IMG/VR virus record: IMGVR_UViG_3300012012_001194
Coordinates: 37,504 to 101,503 of that record
Length of the DNA stretch: 64,000 bases
Direction: 5' to 3' (one strand)
Source of the DNA: a virus
Within the stretch, counting starts at the first letter, position 1; every line of letters begins with the position of its first letter. Below, in pieces: positions 44,800 through 54,038 of the stretch. The notes under the pieces were generated by a model, which was not told the DNA's origin, ran no database searches, and saw nothing but the letters and a program-made list of their open reading frames with translations. The translations under genes and the position numbers were made by a program.

Positions 44800-46986
44800 T
44801 CAATAAGAATTAAAATTACCTAACTGCTTTAAAGTAGCGGAGAGCTTGATAAGGCTGCGGTTACGCATAGCCTCATAAGGGTCTCCTTCCATTCCAAGGG
44901 TCTGTGCCCATGCCGGCTCTGTGCCCATGCCATCTTGCTTTAGCTTGGAAGCGGCACTTACCAGTTCTGGATGCTGCTTAGCCAGAGAGTTGGCCACGTC
45001 CCTATGGGCTCTTGACCTCTCTATGAAGTCTGGATTGTCGGTAGCGTATAGCCCTACCTTCCTACCATACCCTGGAATGTTATATATAGACCTTTGATCT
45101 TTGTGCTCCGCCGTAGTTCCCTTGGGAAGCTTGTCCATAAGCCTATTATATTCAGGGCTCACGTACCCCACATCCACATCAGATAGGCCCCTTACATCAG
45201 GAAGGCCCCCGCTGACATGGTGAAGCTGGTCTCCATAGCCCTCGCCCATGTCCTTAACGAATTGGTGATACACTTCATCCTGAGAGGGGGTGGCAGCAAG
45301 CTTACTTACTGGTGACGCGGACATGGCTAGAGACTGAAGATGCTGCAAAGCTTTTAGCCTAGCAGCAGCAGCTGCGGGAGCCATGTAGTTAGTGTTGTTG
45401 TTCATGATATCAATAGCCTCAGCTGGGGTGTAGTAACCCCTGTTGGAGGCATTCCAGACATCTAAGTTCTTGTTACCTCTTCGGCCAGCAGCGTCCGCTA
45501 AAACAAAGTGTGTCCTGGACCCGGCAAAATTGCGCTTAACCTTGGCCCTATGAGCATCGCTCCAAGGGTGGTCTACGGGATCGATAGGTAGCAACCTCGG
45601 ATTCTTAGCCGTAATACCTGTCTCTTCCTTAAGCTCTCTCAAAGCAGCTACTAAAGGATCTTCCCCTGCTTCAATTCCTCCGCCTGGTAAGGCAAAGGAC
45701 TTGTCGCTATCCCAAGTGCCCCCATAGATCTTGCCTTTGGGGTTCTGAGTATAAACCTCAACCCTGTCTCGCCATGGGAGATCGCTAGCGGATAGCTTTA
45801 AAAGACTAGCAAGCTTGCTTACGGGCAGCGCTTCATCAAACTCAATATACTTAGAAGGTATCTTTCCCATAGGGGTAACGACGTGTGCGTGTGGAACGTC
45901 TGATGCGTAATACTTACCTTCTGTGTCCTTAAAGTCTTTCCACATGTCTTTTGGGTTTTGGCCCCTAGCTATCAAAGACTTAATCTCTTCAGGCGATAGA
46001 GTATGATGTCGTTTATTTACAAATTCATTCTGCCCTTTTTCGTCTAAGGCATCATAAGTCTCATCTGAGAACGGAATCAATTCGCTACCTTCCAGCTTGG
46101 TAGTGGGGTAGTCCTTCAATAGCTCATGTAAGTTAATTCTAGCTCTAGTAGTATCAAACCTCTTGATTGGGTGCTTATCGTGGATCTTCTCAGGGTCTGT
46201 GTCACCAAACAAAGCGGAAGGGCCATTATAGGAGGTTGTCCACGGAGACTTAGCTAGTCTTTCATCCCGTTCTTTGAGCCACCTGTCTGCATCACCATTA
46301 GGTCTGGCTATATCTAGCAAGTGTCTGTTCTCGGGTTTTGCTAACTCGTTACCTGATAACAGTCCGTGCTCTTTTACATTCTTAATAGATCCAGATGGAA
46401 TATAAGAGTGTAAATACATTGGATCCTCAGCTACGCCTGCCAGCTTACTCACCTCATTATCCTCAGTAACTTTCTTCTTCTTACACCCTACTGGGATATA
46501 GAACCCAAGTTGTGGAGACGTCTCCAATCCGTAGCTTCGTCGGATGGACTCTAGGTCATCGCTCTTAATAGAGATAGCCCATAGCTTGTCATAGTCACCG
46601 GTTGCAGGCAACTCAACTATAGGGCCAAGAGTGTAGTGATAAGAATGCCCTCGCTCAGTGATATGACTAGTGCCGCCTAGCTTGTCCACCTCTTCCTTGG
46701 TCATGACCTTGATAGCGCACTCAGTTCTATTGTTGCGCACAACGAATTCAGCCCCTGGCTCATCAAGGGCGTCAAAAACGCCTTTGATAAGCGAAGAGGG
46801 GACTGTTAGTTCTAGGTTGCCACTAGGACCTGCTTGAAGCCTACCTGCGAGAGCGTGCACTGAAGTATGATCTGCGTTCTTGTTCATGTATCCGTGAGAC
46901 TGCCCGTAAGTGAACATTTCAGCGTTGAGAGCTTTAAGCCACTCAGCGCCTTTGATGATTCCTAAAGATAGCGGGGGCATGGTCAT
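44800..46986 (-). CDS. Four-domain polyprotein: degenerate 2H-phosphoesterase-like / ART-like / Nudix hydrolase / nucleotidyltransferase-like
   Basis: Clear Nudix box GGGIEAGEDPLVAALRELKEETG; other domains are tentative; domains are separated by repeated VSKLA linkers. Confidence 0.65.
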   Translation of the reverse strand: MTMPPLSLGIIKGAEWLKALNAEMFTYGQSHGYMNKNADHTSVHALAGRLQAGPSGNLELTVPSSLIKGVFDALDEPGAEFVVRNNRTECAIKVMTKEEVDKLGGTSHITERGHSYHYTLGPIVELPATGDYDKLWAISIKSDDLESIRRSYGLETSPQLGFYIPVGCKKKKVTEDNEVSKLAGVAEDPMYLHSYIPSGSIKNVKEHGLLSGNELAKPENRHLLDIARPNGDADRWLKERDERLAKSPWTTSYNGPSALFGDTDPEKIHDKHPIKRFDTTRARINLHELLKDYPTTKLEGSELIPFSDETYDALDEKGQNEFVNKRHHTLSPEEIKSLIARGQNPKDMWKDFKDTEGKYYASDVPHAHVVTPMGKIPSKYIEFDEALPVSKLASLLKLSASDLPWRDRVEVYTQNPKGKIYGGTWDSDKSFALPGGGIEAGEDPLVAALRELKEETGITAKNPRLLPIDPVDHPWSDAHRAKVKRNFAGSRTHFVLADAAGRRGNKNLDVWNASNRGYYTPAEAIDIMNNNTNYMAPAAAAARLKALQHLQSLAMSASPVSKLAATPSQDEVYHQFVKDMGEGYGDQLHHVSGGLPDVRGLSDVDVGYVSPEYNRLMDKLPKGTTAEHKDQRSIYNIPGYGRKVGLYATDNPDFIERSRAHRDVANSLAKQHPELVSAASKLKQDGMGTEPAWAQTLGMEGDPYEAMRNRSLIKLSATLKQLGNFNSY
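46513..46526. repeat. Dispersed palindrome copy 8
   Basis: Inside the polyprotein, read in a different frame (LETSP). Confidence 0.95.
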
Positions 46987-46989
46987 TGA

Positions 46990-47625
46990 TTAGTCCAGTA
47001 TTACTCTTTTGTTTGGTATTGTTTTGTTGGTAGGCATAGTTTTAGGCGTTTGCCGCTGGCCCATAGGCGCTGGTGGCATCTTCTGCTTCCCGCCTGCGCC
47101 AGGCAAAGGCCTCTGACCTTGTTGTCCGCCATTAGGTGTAAACGTGGCTCTAGGCTTAACCTTTCCACCCTGTATGGTGCCTTGATATGATCCATTGCCT
47201 GCATTACCAGTAGCGTTTTGTAGCTTATTCATGTTAGCTTTCTCTTCGGCTTGATCTTCAAAGACATCTTTAAAGGCTGGGTCATTACGCAAGCTATAGC
47301 GAGGCGTAGCAGCTGGGGTGCCTTGCGCTCCGCTTGGTTGAGTTTTAAAGCCTTTCTGATCATAGCCCGCCTGAGGAGTGAATTGAGCTCCTTCAGTTCT
47401 GTACCCTCCTTTACCGTCAGGGAATACTCTTCCAGTGGCAGTGCCGCCACCAGGGCCGCTGACGCCGGCCGCTGATCTAAGCGCAGCCGCCTGCGCTCGC
47501 GCGTTTGCTATCTCTTGTTCCTGCTGTTTCTTATAAAAGTCTAAAGCTGGGTTACCTGCCTTCTTGTAGAAGGCCATCTTACCCATCATCGCACCAAACG
47601 CTGCTGCTTTTTCTAGTCTGTTCAT
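46990..47625 (-). CDS. Leader-A protein, G/Q/P-rich
   Basis: N-terminus MNRLEKAAAFGAMMGKMA. Confidence 0.75.
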   Translation of the reverse strand: MNRLEKAAAFGAMMGKMAFYKKAGNPALDFYKKQQEQEIANARAQAAALRSAAGVSGPGGGTATGRVFPDGKGGYRTEGAQFTPQAGYDQKGFKTQPSGAQGTPAATPRYSLRNDPAFKDVFEDQAEEKANMNKLQNATGNAGNGSYQGTIQGGKVKPRATFTPNGGQQGQRPLPGAGGKQKMPPAPMGQRQTPKTMPTNKTIPNKRVILD

Positions 47626-48302
47626 TAAAATAACCTCTTAGGTGTTTTACTTTCCATAACAGGGGCGGTGGCCGGCTTAGGAGTCGCATTAGCTGGAGCA
47701 GGGCTATTCTGTGTGTTTGATCCAGGCTTCGGTAAGAAGCTAGCAGCATTTGGGTTTGTGTAACTGCTTGATTGAATTTCCCTGTCTGTTCCTTTGTCTT
47801 TTACGGCCTGAGCTTTGGCGTTATCGGATACCTTCTGCTTCCATCTTTGCATTGCTGTCGAAGGGGCGCCTTGTGGACTACCCTGAGCACCGCCTTGAGT
47901 AGTAACAGAAGACCAATCTATGTTGTTACTCGTGGGCTGCTGCCCTTGAGGTGTAAAAGTAGCTCCAGGCTGAACTACTCCTTGCCTAATTGTACCAGTG
48001 GCTGTGCCTGAGCCGTAAGCGCCAGCAGCTGATCTCACTGCATCGCCTTTGCTTTTTAGGCCCTGTCGAGTCTTATAGATGTCATTCTCTCTGGGAGAGT
48101 AAGCCTTACCGTCTATGGGCGCAGGCCTAGGTAAGTTATCAGCGGTGTACCTTGGCTGTTGAGCGGGCTGATTTCCTTTAGGCAGAAAATCTCCTGCATT
48201 GGGGGCAGTCCATGTATCTCCAGCTGCTAGCTTCCCCATCATCGCTCCAAACGCTGCTGCTTTTTCTAGTCTGTTCATTAAAATAACCTCTTAGGTGTTT
48301 TA
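47582..48302. repeat. ~68-bp direct repeat (47582-47649 / 48235-48302) covering RBS plus leader A
   Basis: One mismatch; includes 5' sequence AAACACCTAAGAGGTTATTTTA-ATG. Confidence 0.9.
47625..48278 (-). CDS. Leader-A protein, paralogue-like of 46990..47625
   Basis: MNRLEKAAAFGAMMGKLA; shares RSAAG...GTATG and GTI..G.V.P.ATFTP with its neighbour. Confidence 0.75.
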   Translation of the reverse strand: MNRLEKAAAFGAMMGKLAAGDTWTAPNAGDFLPKGNQPAQQPRYTADNLPRPAPIDGKAYSPRENDIYKTRQGLKSKGDAVRSAAGAYGSGTATGTIRQGVVQPGATFTPQGQQPTSNNIDWSSVTTQGGAQGSPQGAPSTAMQRWKQKVSDNAKAQAVKDKGTDREIQSSSYTNPNAASFLPKPGSNTQNSPAPANATPKPATAPVMESKTPKRLF

Positions 48303-48312
48303 TTTATCATAG

Positions 48313-49734
48313 CTATCTACTCGGACCATAAGGGTAACCGCCGTATGGTAGGTAACTTCCATCTTGCTGTGGGTATGTTATAAACCCTTTTGCATTAAAT
48401 TTTGGGCCAGGCTTAACTAGGCCATAACGTTCAGGAAATTTAGCCCTTAATGCAGCTCTACCAGCATCAGGATCGGCTTCATTATATGGTAAATCTAGGT
48501 TCTTACGAAAGTGGGCTTCTGCGGCATCGGCGGCTTCGTTATTAAAATTTCTAATGTTAGGATTATTCAAATCAATTCGGTCAAGATTGTCTTTATCGGA
48601 TTTAGATTTAGATAGTATTTGCTGCAGAAATTTCTGTCCTGCCGGTGCGTGTAAATCTCCAATCTTGTATTTCTTTGCTAATTCGGCCATCTCTCTATAA
48701 TCCATATCCATGCCTGGAGCAAAGCTGTGAGTCCCTTCCATATGCTTGCCAGTTACATCTTTAAAAGCTCTAGAACCTTGACCAATTTCATTCCAAGTTG
48801 CCCCTAACTCCTGAACTGCACGTAGGTCATCTGGCTGTAGACGGTCCCCGGACATTCCCGGAATGCGTGTGCGTATAGGTTTGCCGCTTGAATCAGTATA
48901 AGCCGTGCCTTTAAAATCATCTTGATAGGCCGCATGACCAAGTTCGTGGAGTCTTACGTTGTTTTGAGCGACAAAGCTGTCTGGGTAACCATTCTTTTTT
49001 TGCCTAGGCCCACCCCACCCAGCCGGAGAGTATGCATACTGAACAGCATATGGATTAACCCCTTTAGGCCTAATATCAGTATTCATAATGCCCGGCTTTT
49101 CTCCTGGCTTTGTTTTACCTATCGGCGGCGGCGGCCTTAGGAAATTAGAATGCGGCTCAGAGTTGCCTACTATTTGGTTACGACTCCAACTACCAGGCGT
49201 CAGCCTAGGAGGACCGTACCCTTTACTAGGCCACTCTACATGCGATATAGGGGCTTGATTTGATTGCTCATCGCTTATATCCCCCATCCTTTTATTCCAA
49301 TCATCAAACTTATTAGCGTCTTTAAGCTGATTAGTCAGATTTGTATGAAAAGAGTACCTTGCCTGGCCTAATGTTGAAGGGGCGCCTTTAAACCGCTCTT
49401 CAGTTGCAGGGTCCAACCCTCTACTATAGTTCCATCTCATAGCGTTATTAACCGCATCGGTGCGGGGGAATAGTCCATCGCCCTGGTATCCCGAAGGTAG
49501 CCTTGGTTGATCAGTGGCTCCACGTAATGCCCCAGCTGGGTTTATAGCTCTTCCACGTAATTGCATGTTAGGGTAGCTGTTACCCTTAAGCTGTACTTTG
49601 GCAGACGGCTCTGCAGAGCTTTCAGGAGAGCTCTTAGTCTGCTTAGGAAAAAAAGCAGCATCTGCGTGCTTAAGCAAGGCTGCTCTCTTCCCCATCATGA
49701 CCCCAAAGGCTACTGCTTTTTCTAGTCTGTTCAC
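48313..49734 (-). CDS. Leader-A protein with zincin-like metallopeptidase motif
   Basis: GTG start, MNRLEKAVAFGVMMGKRA; RLHELGHAA...QELGA. Confidence 0.7.
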   Translation of the reverse strand: MNRLEKAVAFGVMMGKRAALLKHADAAFFPKQTKSSPESSAEPSAKVQLKGNSYPNMQLRGRAINPAGALRGATDQPRLPSGYQGDGLFPRTDAVNNAMRWNYSRGLDPATEERFKGAPSTLGQARYSFHTNLTNQLKDANKFDDWNKRMGDISDEQSNQAPISHVEWPSKGYGPPRLTPGSWSRNQIVGNSEPHSNFLRPPPPIGKTKPGEKPGIMNTDIRPKGVNPYAVQYAYSPAGWGGPRQKKNGYPDSFVAQNNVRLHELGHAAYQDDFKGTAYTDSSGKPIRTRIPGMSGDRLQPDDLRAVQELGATWNEIGQGSRAFKDVTGKHMEGTHSFAPGMDMDYREMAELAKKYKIGDLHAPAGQKFLQQILSKSKSDKDNLDRIDLNNPNIRNFNNEAADAAEAHFRKNLDLPYNEADPDAGRAALRAKFPERYGLVKPGPKFNAKGFITYPQQDGSYLPYGGYPYGPSR

Positions 49735-52016
49735 TATGCGTAGCCTCCTGCTTGGGGTTTCATAACTCCACCCTTAACGATAGACAGTAACTGTAGTATG
49801 GCTTTATCAGAGAGTGACTTGTTCTTCATCAAGGTTGGTAGGTTCTTCCTAAGAATATCACCACCAGGGTTTCTTCCAGCTTCTTCTAACGCCTTCCGTG
49901 CCTTTTCTGGGGTATCTATTAGAATGTTCTTACCTTTAGCCCATTCTCGTTTGATCTCTGCTAGGTGAGCTTTAAACTCTTCTGGATCTAGGACGTACTT
50001 TAATTGGTCTAAATTAAGTCCTGTACGAACCTGATCGGCAATGCTCATCACTGGTTTTTCTAACAGCTTACCGTCATGTAACGCTGCGTGACTAAGCTCG
50101 TGTCGAAGGACTGTTAGTTGCTTCGCAGCACCTTGCCATAGCTTAGAGTAAGGGTTAATTCTGACGTCGCCTTCCGTTCGTGTGCCTAGGTATGGCCTCC
50201 CCTTGAAGGTAGTAATCCCGCCTAAACCATCATTGTTCCTAGATTCCTCTGGCCAGTCCGCTCTTCGGTTACTTACCGATATGAGTTTATCAAGAGCACT
50301 GGGTAGCCAAGTAACTAGCCCGCTTTTTCCAGCAGCTTCTTGATGAGGTTGCGCAGAGCTAACAGCCTTTTCTAACCCCCCTGGTACACCCTTATAAGCA
50401 TCCTCTAAGAAAGGACGAAGACTCGCCGTAGCTCTCGTCTCGGGCGGTAATGCTAAGCCCTCCATAACTGTCGGTGTGGGTTCATAAGGGTTCTTAGCGG
50501 GTTGGCCAGGGATATAAGGGCTTCTAGGGCCGCTAGCTGCGTTAGCTACGCCTGAAAGGCCACCTATAAGGCCGCCAGCAAAACCGCCTATGCCTAAGCC
50601 AGTCATGCCGCCATGAAAGGCGCCAGACAAAATGCCCCTACGCTTATATAGGAGGTTGCCATCGTCATCAACATAGTAAGGCTTCTTAGTTCCATGCTCA
50701 TCTTTGTAAAAGCCACGCCTATTTGAAGGGCCTTCTGTCTCTAACTCTTCAGAAAAGCCGGGGTTTATAGCGCCTATCAATCCACCGCCAAGAGCGCCAA
50801 TACCACCGCCTACAAGAAAACCACTAGCAGCTGGCGATAAGTCACCGCCACCGCCACCTCCGCGCCTAGCGTACTTCATAGCAGCTTGCTTGCCCATCAT
50901 TGCTCCAAACGCCGCTGCTTTGTTTAACTTACCCATGGACTTATCCTTTGATGTTTGTTTGTTCTTAACCTTTGCCTTTATGGTTTCCCTTAGTGCCTCA
51001 ATCTGCCTAAGCGCTTCGTCCTTTGGAATATTATGCTCGCTGGAGTAGGCCCCAGCATACTCATCCATGTATTTCTTTATAGCCTGCTCATTTCCCAAAG
51101 CCTCCCTCTCGCCATAAGACTTACCCAAAGAGGCCCCTAGGTTACCGCCGGTTATTGCACCTGCAAGGCCACCCACAGCAGTTCCTAGCGCTCCTAATTG
51201 TGGAAAAACAGGAAGGCTGTTCGCACCCATAGCATAAGCCAAAAGAGGTGGGCCAGCTAGGCCAAGGGCCCCACCAGCTACAGTGCCAAGCGCACCGCCA
51301 ATGCCAGATCCCCAGTAGCTACCAAGGCCCATAGGCTTAAGCCTAGCTGCCTGCTCTAGGGTCCTGGTTAGTAGTTCTGGGTTAAGCTTAGTCTTTGCAG
51401 CGCCTGTTAACAGGCGGTCTTTACCTTTACGCCATGCTGCGTGCTCTTGCCATAGGCTTGGAGAGAAGGTTTGGTACGCAGACGCCATCGTCCTTCTTAA
51501 AAGGCTGTCCTTAGGATACTCGTTAAAGTCTATTGCGTGCCCAAGCTCGTGCATCATCACGCCGGGGTTGCCAGAGGGGAGCCAGACGTTGTCAGCGGTG
51601 TAGTGATAAGCATCAGGCATTGACTGCGTAGTGACAGAGGTAGGGCCTTCAAAGGATTTAACTATCGTGCCGTCTTCATTTATCGTGAACCTGCCCTCGC
51701 CCTCTCCAAAGTTATCCACTTCCATGCCGTATGGGTTTTCGTAGTTTGCCTTATAACGCGCTGAGTTTCTAGGATTAGCGTTAACCCTAGCCTCCATGTC
51801 ATTTAATCTAGTTCCGTTGAGTTCTACCCTCGTGTTGTCTAGCGCACCATGGAGAGAGCCCGCCTGCATAGCGTTAGCTAGCAAAGTAGCGTCGTTTAAC
51901 TTAACCGCAGCAGAGGGTTTATTAGACATGGAAGGGAAGTCGGGCTGCCTGACTCTTTTATCAAACAGCTGCTCAACTTCTACAGCTTCTTTAGTTAACG
52001 GAGGTAGCCTGCGCAT
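49734..52016 (-). CDS. Polyprotein with two zincin HExxH modules, glycine zippers and an internal leader A
   Basis: MHELGHAID, RHELSHAA; internal MGKLNKAAAFGAMMGKQAA. Confidence 0.7.
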   Translation of the reverse strand: MRRLPPLTKEAVEVEQLFDKRVRQPDFPSMSNKPSAAVKLNDATLLANAMQAGSLHGALDNTRVELNGTRLNDMEARVNANPRNSARYKANYENPYGMEVDNFGEGEGRFTINEDGTIVKSFEGPTSVTTQSMPDAYHYTADNVWLPSGNPGVMMHELGHAIDFNEYPKDSLLRRTMASAYQTFSPSLWQEHAAWRKGKDRLLTGAAKTKLNPELLTRTLEQAARLKPMGLGSYWGSGIGGALGTVAGGALGLAGPPLLAYAMGANSLPVFPQLGALGTAVGGLAGAITGGNLGASLGKSYGEREALGNEQAIKKYMDEYAGAYSSEHNIPKDEALRQIEALRETIKAKVKNKQTSKDKSMGKLNKAAAFGAMMGKQAAMKYARRGGGGGGDLSPAASGFLVGGGIGALGGGLIGAINPGFSEELETEGPSNRRGFYKDEHGTKKPYYVDDDGNLLYKRRGILSGAFHGGMTGLGIGGFAGGLIGGLSGVANAASGPRSPYIPGQPAKNPYEPTPTVMEGLALPPETRATASLRPFLEDAYKGVPGGLEKAVSSAQPHQEAAGKSGLVTWLPSALDKLISVSNRRADWPEESRNNDGLGGITTFKGRPYLGTRTEGDVRINPYSKLWQGAAKQLTVLRHELSHAALHDGKLLEKPVMSIADQVRTGLNLDQLKYVLDPEEFKAHLAEIKREWAKGKNILIDTPEKARKALEEAGRNPGGDILRKNLPTLMKNKSLSDKAILQLLSIVKGGVMKPQAGGYA

Positions 52017-52027
52017 CGCTCACTTCC

Positions 52028-53080
52028 TTATTTGCCGTGAACTGGAGGAGCACCAGGTATCCCGGCTTTGGCGCCCTGCCACGCAAGACTACCCAGATGT
52101 GCATAGGCGTTGCCAGTGCCCCGAAGCAAGCCCAGGGAGGCGCCCCCGACAGGTAACATAGTCGCAACGGCCCCTAAAGCGTTAGCGTCATCCTGCACAT
52201 CCTGCTTAATAGCTTCACCTTTAACGCCTTTAGTAGTTGGGGCACTTTTATCTTGTCGATAGTCCCGTCTAAAATCATTGTAATTGCCCATCTCTCGTTG
52301 CTTGTCAGACAGGCCTGGGACGTTGTTGTAAGGTCCGGATTTTCCAGTAAGAGTATCGTTAACTTTAGAGTTAAAGCTAGCGTCAGCCTGCTGCTTAGCA
52401 AAGGCTGAGTTTATTTGCCCCTGCTCTGGGCTAGGGTTGTGGATGTTGTACTGAGGAGGCGCTTGTGGATCTCTTGGAGCAAAGCCTTGAAAGGGGTTTG
52501 TGTTTGCTGCAGGCCCGCCAGTGCTTCGCCCAGAGGACGCTCCACCAGCGCCAGGCCCCCTAGGTGGAGTGGCCGGTACTCCATTGGGAGTACCCATTTG
52601 CTGGCCAGTGCCGGCTCTCTTCCCCATCATTGCTCCAAACGCTGCTGCTTTTTCTAGTCTGTTCATAGCTTTTATATACTCCGGTGGAATTAAATCAGTA
52701 ACGTAGTGCTCGTCGTGCCCGCCTAGCCCCTTGGCTAACTCGTGAACCTTGAAGTCGCTAGGAAGATCTATTCTTAAAGGAGGCGCTGGAGTTCCTTGAG
52801 CTAACATTTGACGAATCCAGCCTTTACCTTCTTCTTTTGCTTTGGCCATAGCTGATGTTTTGGCGGCCATATTGGCGTAAAATTCAGCGTATGAAGGCGA
52901 GGTTGTAAGAAATAGCTTGGGTCTAGGATCTTTCTCGTTCAACCCAGGCAAAGTGCCGCCACCGCCCCCCACGTAACTTGGGTCAAGCCCTGTACGTAAA
53001 ATACTATCTATTCGGTCTGGATACGTGCCGTGATAGAACGTTCTAAACTTGTTTTCAGGTTCCGCAAGCGGCTCAGCCAT
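52028..53080 (-). CDS. ADP-ribosyltransferase-like domain fused to a leader-A module
   Basis: FYHGT......I...GL.P, LFLTTS..YA.FYA, E......IPPEYI, then MNRLEKAAAFGAMMGKRA. Confidence 0.65.
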   Translation of the reverse strand: MAEPLAEPENKFRTFYHGTYPDRIDSILRTGLDPSYVGGGGGTLPGLNEKDPRPKLFLTTSPSYAEFYANMAAKTSAMAKAKEEGKGWIRQMLAQGTPAPPLRIDLPSDFKVHELAKGLGGHDEHYVTDLIPPEYIKAMNRLEKAAAFGAMMGKRAGTGQQMGTPNGVPATPPRGPGAGGASSGRSTGGPAANTNPFQGFAPRDPQAPPQYNIHNPSPEQGQINSAFAKQQADASFNSKVNDTLTGKSGPYNNVPGLSDKQREMGNYNDFRRDYRQDKSAPTTKGVKGEAIKQDVQDDANALGAVATMLPVGGASLGLLRGTGNAYAHLGSLAWQGAKAGIPGAPPVHGK

Positions 53081-53092
53081 AGACTAATACCC

Positions 53093-53515
53093 TTACGCTG
53101 CATCTTGGTTAGAAACTATACTAAGTCCGCCGTTATCCAATCTACGTCTTAAAGACCTAAGCTCATCCTCTAATTGAATGACCTTAGTTCTTAGCTCGTC
53201 GTTCTCCTTACGACAGTTACGCCTGTCGTTGTAGAGTTCTTCTATGTCCTTCTTAAGGTTCTTCATCTCTTCCCTTAGGAAGGTCTGCATGTCTTTGGAT
53301 GACTCTACTATGAGTCGGTACTCGCTGAAGAGCGTATCATTCTCATGGTGCTCTAAGCGCTGCTTCTTAAAGATGATCTCTTTGGTCTTTATGTCAGCTT
53401 CCTTTGCCGCTTTAAGCTTATTTACATAAATAAAGGAAATGGCCCCCGCAAGGGAGCCAGCAGCACCAAATAGAATGCTTATCGCAGACAATATGATGTC
53501 TAGCTTAAAGTCCAT
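53093..53515 (-). CDS. N-terminal TM plus coiled-coil protein (holin-like architecture)
   Basis: Start MDFKLD at 53515, after GAGGAG. Confidence 0.55.
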   Translation of the reverse strand: MDFKLDIILSAISILFGAAGSLAGAISFIYVNKLKAAKEADIKTKEIIFKKQRLEHHENDTLFSEYRLIVESSKDMQTFLREEMKNLKKDIEELYNDRRNCRKENDELRTKVIQLEDELRSLRRRLDNGGLSIVSNQDAA

Positions 53516-53543
53516 AATGTTAGACTCCTCAAAACAATTAAGA

Positions 53544-54005
53544 TTAATACTTCCTTGGGGGAGCATTGTTTACATCGTTGAAGGTGTCAGGATTAGCTTT
53601 AGGAGATTTGAACATTTTACCCATCATGTTTTTAACATCCGGAGCTACCGCTCCCGCTGCCATAGCGCCTGGAACCAAAACGTTCTTGTTAGCTGCAGCT
53701 AGGATAGGATTGCCGCCGTTTCTTGGGTTCATCATGCCGCCTAGGAAGCCAATACCGGCGTTTGCAGCACTATGAGCTCCTTCAAGCCTTCGTTTAAAAT
53801 CGTATATCCCATCACCGTTTGGTCCTAGTTGTGATTGTATGAACGGCCCTACTGCGTCTTCAATCCCCTTGCTGACCCTACCGCTAATATTAGACCCCAT
53901 TGTTTTAAGTTGGTCAGCAGGTGTTGGCTGACCCGCCATTGGAGGGTTTGCAGCCCTCTTAAAGAACACCCTATGAAGATTTGCTAACTTATTGAAACTG
54001 CGCAT
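53544..54005 (-). CDS. Leader-B protein
   Basis: Start MRSFNKLANLHRVFFKRAA at 54005, homologous to the start of 43686..44789. Confidence 0.7.
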   Translation of the reverse strand: MRSFNKLANLHRVFFKRAANPPMAGQPTPADQLKTMGSNISGRVSKGIEDAVGPFIQSQLGPNGDGIYDFKRRLEGAHSAANAGIGFLGGMMNPRNGGNPILAAANKNVLVPGAMAAGAVAPDVKNMMGKMFKSPKANPDTFNDVNNAPPRKY

Positions 54006-54038
54006 GATTGTTACATCCATGTAAGTGTGCATTAAAAA

